A stretch of DNA of 64,000 nucleotides, taken from assembly GCA_052279835.1 (NCBI GenBank), contig CP181291.1, positions 5,216,001 to 5,280,000 on the forward strand, in the 5' to 3' direction. The translations under genes were made by a program, and so were the position numbers. Under the pieces are notes generated by a model. It was not told the DNA's origin. It saw only the letters and a program-made list of their open reading frames with translations, and made no database searches. This DNA is from Microcoleus sp. Lineage in GTDB: Bacteria > Cyanobacteriota > Cyanobacteriia > Cyanobacteriales > Microcoleaceae. Below, in pieces: positions 56,459-64,000 of this stretch (positions are counted from its first letter, which is position 1; the number at the start of each line of letters is the position of its first letter).

Positions 56459-56606
56459 GCCAAAGTCTTCCAGTCCGCGCAGGCGGACTTTGTATGTGTA
56501 GAAGTGAATTATATTCGCCGTTTATTCATCATTAATGCCAAAGTCTTCCAGTCCGCGCAGGCGGACTTTGTATGTGTAGAAGCGAATTTTATTCGCCGTT
56601 TATTCA
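56457..56606. repeat. Tandem 78-bp duplication of a REP-like element between cbiN and cbiQ
   Basis: ATGCCAAAGTCTTCCAGTCCGCGCAGGCGGAC...TTTATTCA at 56457 and 56535. Confidence 0.9.
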
Positions 56607-56621
56607 CCGTTTATTCGCGAT

Positions 56622-56957
56622 TCATTCCAACGGCGATTTATCATCAGATTGCTGAGATTGCGATCGCCCTTTATAAAGCCCGATCGCATATCCGATCGCA
56701 CCAGCCCCCAGAGCAGCTTGAGTGGCAAATAATAGACTAGCAATTTCGCCACTAGCAGGCTCAAACAAATGATTGAACCAAGGTTTATAATCCGGTTGAA
56801 TTTCCGTAATTGCTTTCTGGGCCTCCCCATCAGCTCCGCCATATTCACCCCGTACAAAAACTAGGGGAATTACAGCAAGTGCGACAACTGCAATTACCAA
56901 CATCCAATTTTGTTGCGAAGTAGCTTGCTGATTTTTCGTTGGTTTTTGATTCATCAC
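56622..56957 (-). CDS. cbiN: Cobalt transport protein CbiN
   Basis: GGADG.A...I....P.YKPWF..EP.SGEI.SLLFA.QAALGAG. Confidence 0.92.
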   Translation of the reverse strand: MMNQKPTKNQQATSQQNWMLVIAVVALAVIPLVFVRGEYGGADGEAQKAITEIQPDYKPWFNHLFEPASGEIASLLFATQAALGAGAIGYAIGLYKGRSQSQQSDDKSPLE

Positions 56958-57716
56958 TTAAGACTCCTGTTTCAATAATTTCAGAATTTCCAACTCCGGT
57001 TGCCCGTAAGAATGTAGCCAATTCCACACCAATAAAGTCAGCAATCCTTCACTAATAGCCAGGGGTACTTGAGTAATCGCAAAGATGCCCGCAAACTTGA
57101 TAAACGAAGCCAAAAAACCACCATGTGCAGCCGGAAAAGCTAACGCCAACTGCATCGAAGTCACCACATAAGTCAGCAAATCAGCCAAAGCCGCAGCACA
57201 AAAAATTGCCAACCGTTGCCTACCAGTTCGTAGTAGTAATTGATAGATAAAATATGCAGCAAACGGACCAACAATCGCCATCGAAAAAATATTAGCTCCC
57301 AGCGTTGTCAGCCCGCCGTGAGCCAACAAAACCGCCTGAAAAAGTAGCACTAAAGCACCGAGTACCGCCATCACCGAAGGACCAAACAAAATCGCACCCA
57401 AACCCGTACCCGTTGGGTGAGAACAACTCCCCGTTACCGAAGGAATCTTCAAAGCAGAAAGCACAAAAGTAAACGCACCAGACAAAGCTAATAATAGTTT
57501 AAGTTCCGGGTGTTCTTTGGTAATTCGGGCGATCGCACGCAAACCTACCACAAAAAAAGGCAACGCCACAATCCACCAAAACGCAGCCCATTGCACAGGC
57601 AAAAAACCTTCAGAAATGTGCATAGCAGCGGCCGGTGTCGCCGAACCCAAAACCAGATAACAACTCAAGCCAGCCATCAATCCCAGACTGACAATTTTGC
57701 GACTTCGCGCCTTCAT
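56958..57716 (-). CDS. cbiM: Cobalt ECF transporter S component
   Basis: Leader peptide then [31 protein letters not shown]. Confidence 0.95.
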   Translation of the reverse strand: MKARSRKIVSLGLMAGLSCYLVLGSATPAAAMHISEGFLPVQWAAFWWIVALPFFVVGLRAIARITKEHPELKLLLALSGAFTFVLSALKIPSVTGSCSHPTGTGLGAILFGPSVMAVLGALVLLFQAVLLAHGGLTTLGANIFSMAIVGPFAAYFIYQLLLRTGRQRLAIFCAAALADLLTYVVTSMQLALAFPAAHGGFLASFIKFAGIFAITQVPLAISEGLLTLLVWNWLHSYGQPELEILKLLKQES

Positions 57717-57752
57717 CAAGTACCTCGCAGATGAGACTAAGTGAACCAACGC

Positions 57753-57872
57753 ATCGGCGGGCATCCTGACTCAAAAAGCTACAGGGCTTTCATTACAGTT
57801 GCGGGACAGCGTTGGACTTGCACCAAACTTTCCCCGTTACCTCTAATGGCTGCTTCCCATTAGAACCGAGTT
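57753..57872 (-). ncRNA. Cobalamin riboswitch (copy 2) upstream of cbiMNQ
   Basis: Minus strand GGGGAAAGTTTGGTGCAAGTCCAACGCTGTCCCGCAACTGTAA...GAGTCAGGATGCCCGCCG; canonical context. Confidence 0.95.
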
Positions 57873-58120
57873 GTTAAATTGAGTATACGCGATCGCGCAA
57901 ATCTGCACTGATATTTTACAAAAATTATTCAACTTCAGTAAATCAAAATTACCTATCATCGCTCTATTCTCTTTTCTTCTCTGCTTCTCCTTCGCGTCCT
58001 TAGCGTCTTCGCGGTTCGTTTAATAAATAATATTTACCAATTACCAATTACCCATTACCAGGTAAATATCACCAAACAGAGAAAGGCTATAATCTTAAGT
58101 AAGTTTTGAGGAAAGCCGCA

Positions 58121-58945
58121 ATGTTAAAGTACAACTTGCCGAGGAACTTGCCCTCAGCCGACGAACTACCAGACTCCGATGAAACACCTGTGGATAACGA
58201 ACTGCAAGAACTAATACCAGGGTTACTAAAAGCAATCCTGCTCATACTTTGGTCAGAACGCATGGACTGGCTTTTTGGCATAGATATGGGTATTTATCAT
58301 CACCCAGACGAACCAGCCATTGTGCCAGATGCTTTCTTAAGTTTAGGAGTAGAAAGGTTTTACGACGAAGAATTACGTCCCAGTTACGTGCTGTGGGATG
58401 AAAATGTCATGCCACTTTTCGTGCTAGAAGTTGTTTCCCCAACATATCGCAAGGAATACAGCACAAAATTAGAAATTTATCAAGATTTAGGCGTACTTTA
58501 TTACGTCATTTATTCTTCCCGCCGCCGTCGTAAACCTCATTTGGAAGTACACAAGTTAGTCAATGGGAAGTACGAGTTACAGCTAGGAAATCCTGTTTGG
58601 ATGCCAGAAATAGGCCTGGGAATTGGTTGTGAAAGGGGAAACTATTCTGGGGTGACAAGAGAGTGGTTGTATTGGTATGATGCCGATGGCACACGCTATC
58701 TGACACCTGAAGAACAAGTGAAACAATCAGCGCAGCGTCTCCAACAGGAATCACAACGTGCCCAACAGGAAGCTCAGCGTGCCCAACAGGAAGCTCAGCG
58801 TGCCCAACAGGAAGCTCAGCGTGCCCAACAGGAATCCCAGCGTGCCCAACAGGAATCCCAGCGTGCTGAACAATTAGCTCAACGTTCCGAACAATTAGCT
58901 CAACGATTGCGAGAATTGGGAGTCGATCCTGATAATCTCAATTAA
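58121..58945 (+). CDS. Uma2 family endonuclease with C-terminal heptad repeats
   Basis: LPDSDETPVDNELQ, VPDAFL, LEVVS, WLYWYD; 21-bp QQEAQRA repeats at ~58740-58905. Confidence 0.9.
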   Translation: MLKYNLPRNLPSADELPDSDETPVDNELQELIPGLLKAILLILWSERMDWLFGIDMGIYHHPDEPAIVPDAFLSLGVERFYDEELRPSYVLWDENVMPLFVLEVVSPTYRKEYSTKLEIYQDLGVLYYVIYSSRRRRKPHLEVHKLVNGKYELQLGNPVWMPEIGLGIGCERGNYSGVTREWLYWYDADGTRYLTPEEQVKQSAQRLQQESQRAQQEAQRAQQEAQRAQQEAQRAQQESQRAQQESQRAEQLAQRSEQLAQRLRELGVDPDNLN

Positions 58946-58963
58946 TTCAAAACCTGGTTCTTA

Positions 58964-58994
58964 GAACCCCGACTTCTTGAAGAAGTCGGGGTTT
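58964..58994. terminator. Inverted repeat between convergent genes
   Basis: AACCCCGACTTCTT-G-AAGAAGTCGGGGTT. Confidence 0.65.
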
Positions 58995-59104
58995 TATAGC
59001 AATCCTAAATCATTCATGAGGATTTGTAGGGGTAGTGCCCCTGTGCCTACCCCAGCATAAGCGGGGGCAACCACGGGGCCAAGAGCCCCTACAACTCTAT
59101 TTGG

Positions 59105-61234
59105 TTATTTCTGCGGGCATTTCGGATGAAGGCCACCCTGCAAACAAATATAAGCAATTTGACTTTGCTCTAAATTCTTAGCATCAGTAAAATCAACTCC
59201 TTGCAATCTACCCGATTTAGCACCCGCAGGACTTTGAATAAATTGATCGGAAGTATCTTTCCCTATAAACACCGCACCTTTAAAATTTGCTCCTGCTACA
59301 TTCGCGCCCCTAAAATCAGCCAAACTCACGTCCGCATTCCGCAAGTTAGCATCTTGCAATCTTGTATCTTTTAAATTGGCGTTTGCGAGTTTAGCTGAAC
59401 TCAAATCAGCTTTTTGTAAGTTCGCACCGTTCAAATCTGCACCAGATAAATTAGCACCTTGCCATTCTGATTTCTCCAAATTTGTCAATGGTAATTGAGC
59501 GCCTTGAGCCTTAACTTTCCCCAAACGCGCACCTGATAAATTCGCTCCCGAAAAATTCGCACTCCCGATATCTGCACCCGTAAAACTAGCATCTTTTAAG
59601 ATAGCTTGCTGCAAATTTGCTCCAATTAAAATAGCACTGCTAAAGTTAGCTGAATTCAAATTGCCGTAGGAAAAATTAGCTTTGTTCAAGACAGCGCGCA
59701 CAAAGCTAGTGCGATTCATTACAGCACTATTCAAAAATGCTCCGGTCAAATTTGCCCCTTCAAAATTGGCTCCGCTCAAGTCAGAAATCCAATCGTCAAA
59801 TGTACCTGGTCTTCTATCTTCTCCGGTGCCATAGAAGCGAGTTGCCTGCAAGCTGGCATTGGTTAGACTAGCATTTTTTAGCTTAATTCCAGACAAGTCA
59901 ACTTTGTCTAATACTAAGGTAAATTGAGCCGGACCGGCCGCACTTTGCCCTAAATCAGTGCGACTCAAATCTGCGCCGTTGAGCTGGCTGCTATACACTG
60001 TGAGAATTTTGCCGATCGCCCTTTGTACTGTGCGTTGGCGGACTGCGGCTAACTCCCGTTCCTGGGTTTTACCGCCGTAGCGGAGGGAATCGAGGTCGTT
60101 GCGAAAAGCTTGGTTCAACCGCTGCAAGTAAGGTAAAGATGAAGGCCCGGTACTTACTAAAGCTTGCTGGATCGCATCTAGCATGGTGCGATTGTCTTCT
60201 TGAGCTAGTAAATCCGTTAGCAGCGGTACGGCGCGGGAGTCTTCCACTGTTCCCAAGGCTAAAATTGCCGATCGCCGCCCGGAGGTCCCGTTACCAGAAT
60301 TAGGAGATAATTTATTAACTAAAGCTAAAAATATTTCGTCATTTCGCTGCCGAGAATCTCGTAAATTTGCTTGACTTTGAATATAGACTTGAGTGCCAAT
60401 AAACAGAGTGAAAATCAATCCCGCAGTACCAATTGTGGCAATCACTAAAGTCGCCCCTGGATGTTGGCGAATCCAGTGCCACAAACTGTCATTTTCTGTG
60501 GTCTGTGTTTCGGGAGTCAAGACCAAAGCGGCAATCTGGGCATCTTCCTCTGTCCAATCTTGACTTTTCACCGGAGTGATAGATAATTGGTTCGATCGAG
60601 CATTGACGACCAAAGTATTCGCGAGGCGATCGTGTCCAGTTTGCCCCTGGTGGCGAAAAGCAAAAGCCCCATCTACCAGCATTGCCAAGCCGCTGAGCCC
60701 CCCTAAAATGATTAAATCTGGAAAAGCACCGCTCAAGCGCCACAGACCGTAAGCGACACCCAGAGGCACTCCCCAGCGTCCCAAACTTTCCCGAATCAGG
60801 ACTCGCACCAAACCCGGAGGAGTACCCGAAGCTGTGACAACTTTCACCCCAAACCAGCGTTTAGGTAGAGTTTGACCGGTTCTGGCGAGTAAAAAAAGTT
60901 CCCAGGCTGCCAGAACCGCTGGTGCCATCAGCGCCGCGGACCAGAATAGATTAGTCAGGGGTGCGACTCTGGGGTTGCGATCGCGCACAGGAATCCCTAA
61001 AGTACGAGAAACTGTCTCAGATGCTGCTGCTATTGAGGAGTTGAGTGGCACTGTTTGAGCATCCCGATTCACAAAAGCCCCGATACTGAAGGGAACTAGG
61101 GCACTAGCTGCGACTAAGGAAATTTCAACTACCCAAGCGCCACACCTGCGCACCAGCAGTGGCATTTGCTTGGATTGTGAGGGCCAAGACGGATCGGGTT
61201 GATTAATGCCACTGGGGGCGGTGGGGCTAGCCAT
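59105..61234 (-). CDS. RDD domain plus pentapeptide-repeat membrane protein
   Basis: RR..AW..E, GQT..KRWFG, HDRLANT.V; HEAT-like segment; A(D/N)Lxx repeats. Confidence 0.88.
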   Translation of the reverse strand: MASPTAPSGINQPDPSWPSQSKQMPLLVRRCGAWVVEISLVAASALVPFSIGAFVNRDAQTVPLNSSIAAASETVSRTLGIPVRDRNPRVAPLTNLFWSAALMAPAVLAAWELFLLARTGQTLPKRWFGVKVVTASGTPPGLVRVLIRESLGRWGVPLGVAYGLWRLSGAFPDLIILGGLSGLAMLVDGAFAFRHQGQTGHDRLANTLVVNARSNQLSITPVKSQDWTEEDAQIAALVLTPETQTTENDSLWHWIRQHPGATLVIATIGTAGLIFTLFIGTQVYIQSQANLRDSRQRNDEIFLALVNKLSPNSGNGTSGRRSAILALGTVEDSRAVPLLTDLLAQEDNRTMLDAIQQALVSTGPSSLPYLQRLNQAFRNDLDSLRYGGKTQERELAAVRQRTVQRAIGKILTVYSSQLNGADLSRTDLGQSAAGPAQFTLVLDKVDLSGIKLKNASLTNASLQATRFYGTGEDRRPGTFDDWISDLSGANFEGANLTGAFLNSAVMNRTSFVRAVLNKANFSYGNLNSANFSSAILIGANLQQAILKDASFTGADIGSANFSGANLSGARLGKVKAQGAQLPLTNLEKSEWQGANLSGADLNGANLQKADLSSAKLANANLKDTRLQDANLRNADVSLADFRGANVAGANFKGAVFIGKDTSDQFIQSPAGAKSGRLQGVDFTDAKNLEQSQIAYICLQGGLHPKCPQK

Positions 61235-61249
61235 ATTCAAAATTTCCTA

Positions 61250-61576
61250 TTAATTGTCGTTAGTATTTGAGGAATCTGGAGTAATTGTCAATTTATACGC
61301 TATGTAGATTAGCACTCCCAGAAGGGCAAGGGTCATCAGGGCAGAAATTAGCTGTACAACTGTATTGAAGACTGTCAGGAGAATTATCGCCCCCACGCCA
61401 AAGACTGCTACTTGACCTGGTTTGGGGAGGCTTTGAAACCTATGGAGAAACTGATTGTAGAAGGTTTCGACGGCGGGGTAGTTGTCTAAATTAATTTTGA
61501 TTAGCGGCGATCGATCTAGTCTAGCTTTTAGTTCTCCGAATGCTTGCTGCCAGTTGAAATTATTTTGATAATTCAT
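61250..61576 (-). CDS. Hypothetical membrane protein
   Basis: Clean ORF with two TM segments, co-oriented with RDD gene. Confidence 0.65.
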   Translation of the reverse strand: MNYQNNFNWQQAFGELKARLDRSPLIKINLDNYPAVETFYNQFLHRFQSLPKPGQVAVFGVGAIILLTVFNTVVQLISALMTLALLGVLIYIAYKLTITPDSSNTNDN

Positions 61577-61731
61577 AAAAAAAATTGGGGAGTTACTTTA
61601 ACTGTACCTTTGTCATTCTAGTACGGTCACATTGATAACAGTCACAAGAGCGTGTTCGGAATCACCGATCGTCCTCTACCCTCAAAGAAGTGGAAACTTC
61701 CGCTATTGTGTTGGGTTCAATAAGGATAAAT

Positions 61732-62181
61732 ATGAAGATACACTATCCGTGCGATCGCGCCAGACCGAGGTTAAGGTCGATCGCCACTTTAACCTTGGCA
61801 ATGATTTTAGCTGCTGCCGGCACTGTTAGGAGCCAACCGCTACAAATTGCTCCGGGATTTCCCGAACCGCTAACTATGTCTGGAGTTTCCGGCGGCCCGA
61901 ACAATAGTGGCGATTGCGGTTTTGTCGCCCCAGGGCCAAACCACGTCATCGAAGTCACCCAAGATTTACCTCACTGGCGGATTGCAGTACAAACCGCTGG
62001 AGCTCCGAGTTTGATGATTCAAGGGCCCAGGGGGCGTTTCTGCGTCCTACCGGCCAATGCTGCTGCGGGGACGGTAGAATTTTCCGGTTATGGCGATCGG
62101 GGAACTTATACTATTTTTGTCGGCGATCGAGCTCAAGGTCAACACCCCTATTCCCTCTCTATTTCTCAGAAACGAAACTAA
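61732..62181 (+). CDS. Secreted hypothetical protein (PPC-like beta domain)
   Basis: Signal-like segment; CGF...PNH, L.IQGP.GRFC, GTY.IFVGD. Confidence 0.65.
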   Translation: MKIHYPCDRARPRLRSIATLTLAMILAAAGTVRSQPLQIAPGFPEPLTMSGVSGGPNNSGDCGFVAPGPNHVIEVTQDLPHWRIAVQTAGAPSLMIQGPRGRFCVLPANAAAGTVEFSGYGDRGTYTIFVGDRAQGQHPYSLSISQKRN

Positions 62182-62273
62182 AAAAACAACTGGATTTTAG
62201 ATCCATATTGGTAATTGGGTATAGCGCAGAGGGGATCGAGCAATAGTCAAGTTTGTAGTGAGGACTAAAGTCC

Positions 62274-62720
62274 TCAATGCGTAATTTGTTCCCTCACCCA
62301 CTTACGAAACAATCTGAGAGTTTGACTCGTGCCCACTGTTTGACTTTGTTCACAATATTGAAAAATAGCTTCAACAATTGGCAAATTGGGAAATATTAAA
62401 CTAATTTCAGATACCACATATTTCCCATCTTCAAGCACATTAATTTCAAGGTGATTATTTTCATACCGCCACATCTCCGGTACTCCCAGCGCCTCGTAAG
62501 CATCTAGTTGAGTCTGGGAAGTTAGATCCACTTCAATTGCTAAATCAGGTGGCGGATCGATAGTTAAATCAACGCGCTTTTTACCAATCATTCGAGCATA
62601 ATTCTGAATATAAAAACATTCATCAGGCTCAATTCCCTGCAACATACTCTATACTAGCCAAGAATGCTCTAGCTGTGGAATAATTGTCAAGATAAGTTGT
62701 CTGTATTTGTAATTGAGCAT
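62274..62720 (-). pseudogene. Uma2 family pseudogene with most of the N-terminal half replaced
   Basis: EPDECFYIQN, PPPDLAIEVD, YEALGVPE.WRY; ATG at 62720 but stop at 62649-62651. Confidence 0.75.
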
Positions 62721-62935
62721 TGGGCAACCCCCCCTTGGGCAGGGCTGTTTAATTTTTGGTGGCCGTGCCAAAGCCAGCCCTCCGAGAGCCCCAAATGTGC
62801 ATAAAATCGTCTGTGAGGGGGTAGGCATTTTTGGCACTACCCCTACCTCATCCCTGTTTTTCGGAGAATGAAACAGCCCTGCCCCCCCAAGGGCAGGGGG
62901 GGTTGCCCCATGCGCGATGCCCGATGCCCCATCCC

Positions 62936-63196
62936 CTACCCACCACTGACAGGGGGAATCAGTACAACTTCGTCCCCGTTTTGGAGGATGGTGTCAGGGG
63001 AGACGAATTCCAGATTAATCCCGAAGCGGGTACGATTGCGCCAGGGTTCTAATTGGGGATATTGGGCGATCGCGCGATCGAGCACTTGAGAGACTGGGGT
63101 AAGCATTGGAAATTCCCATGTTTGTTCAGAAACACTGTAGGCTTCGCTAAAGGCTGCAAAAAATTTAACGGTGATGGTAATCGAAGAGTTAGACAC
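62936..63196 (-). CDS. moaD: Molybdopterin synthase sulfur carrier subunit
   Basis: VKFFAA, GDEVVLIPPVSGG C-terminus. Confidence 0.9.
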   Translation of the reverse strand: MSNSSITITVKFFAAFSEAYSVSEQTWEFPMLTPVSQVLDRAIAQYPQLEPWRNRTRFGINLEFVSPDTILQNGDEVVLIPPVSGG

Positions 63197-63374
63197 GATA
63201 ATTAAGATCTCGAAATTTTAGCCAAGGCTCAAATACACAATACAATCTTATCTTGGGATAGCCTACTACCCAAAAGCGTAGGAAGTAAACACTAATTATC
63301 TAAAGACAGCTTTAGATAAGTTTACATAGGTTTTATAAAGCAGTAATAGTGAAGTTAACGCGATCGAGATATTT

Positions 63375-63662
63375 ATGGCAAATCATGATTTTAAAGTGCT
63401 TCAAATTATTGAAGCAAAGGGTTGGTATGCCTTTGGCAGTACCAAGCAAAGCCAGCACGTTGAGAGGTGGGTAAGACCTGTCGTGTGTTGGGTGTTAGTA
63501 GAAGATAAAAAAAAGCGACGGATTGTGACTGCTACCGCTAGCTATCAGATCGAGATTGACGATAAAGAAGTAGAGTTTTTTGCCCACGAGAGCGAAATTC
63601 AAGATATAGAGAATCTGCCGAAGTCAGTTTCCGTATCAGAATTTCTCAAAACTGAAGATTAA
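63375..63662 (+). CDS. Hypothetical protein
   Basis: Isolated 95-aa ORF; QIIEA.GWYA...PVVCW.L pattern. Confidence 0.55.
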   Translation: MANHDFKVLQIIEAKGWYAFGSTKQSQHVERWVRPVVCWVLVEDKKKRRIVTATASYQIEIDDKEVEFFAHESEIQDIENLPKSVSVSEFLKTED

Positions 63663-63865
63663 TTGAGTGATAGAAAGAGTTTGTTTAAGAATAGATTAGT
63701 TGTTTTTTGCACAACTGGAAATGGGGAGAATGGGGAGAATCTTGCTTTTTCCTGACTCGGTTGGGCCCGCGAAGCGACGCAAAGCCCTTCGACTACCCAC
63801 GCGCCTAGCGCCACTTCATGACTCAGAGTGCCGTTTCCCTCAGCATAAACGCAGTCGAAGGGTCA

Positions 63866-63996
63866 TATAAAATCCTTTCTTCATCGGAATTATTAAACTC
63901 TCTCTTCTCTTCCTCTTTCCCCCCTTGGGGGGGGCAGGGGGGGGTCGTCCTTAGCGCCTTCGCGGTTAAATCATTCCGATACAACCGGAATTGATA
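63866..63996. mobile_element. Short MITE-like element, second copy
   Basis: Ends TATAAAATCC...AATCATTCCGATACAACCGGAATTGATA; see 47197-47314. Confidence 0.72.
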
Positions 63997-64000
63997 TCAA

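Noticed and set aside
56396..56740. 114-aa ORF with internal repeat
   Set aside because: Translation of the duplicated REP element, antisense to cbiN/cbiQ

Overview
Chromosomal window from a filamentous cyanobacterium, probably Oscillatoriales (Microcoleus/Tychonema/Kamptonema-like). The call rests on very frequent HIP1 octamers (GCGATCGC), psbV-psbV2-petJ, Uma2 genes, heptamer STRR repeats and many REP/MITE-like palindromes. Contents in order: the end of a sulfated-glycan synthesis/ABC-export cluster; an FAD oxidoreductase; a kinase > response regulator > adenylate cyclase signalling set interrupted by IS debris; dxs; a YyaL-like protein; a Tat beta-propeller; a CHAD protein; a ~2500-aa RTX-repeat protein with an N-terminal alpha/beta-hydrolase behind a ~315-bp tandem array; a solo attC-type gene cassette; petJ/psbV2/psbV; accD; pilD; a dual-domain cyclase; a cobalamin-riboswitch-led two-gene operon of unknown function; mntCAB with ManR-like boxes; riboswitch-led cbiMNQ; RDD-pentapeptide protein; moaD. 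Five genes, including essential dxs, carry the same kind of +1 homopolymer frameshift, most likely assembly error. Best candidates for undescribed biology: the B12-riboswitch methyltransferase operon, the integron-like cassette, the giant RTX hydrolase, a tnpB 3' end whose would-be guide matches an IS630 terminus, and pseudo-enzyme domains in the glycan export genes. All calls come from reading motifs by eye; no searches were run.
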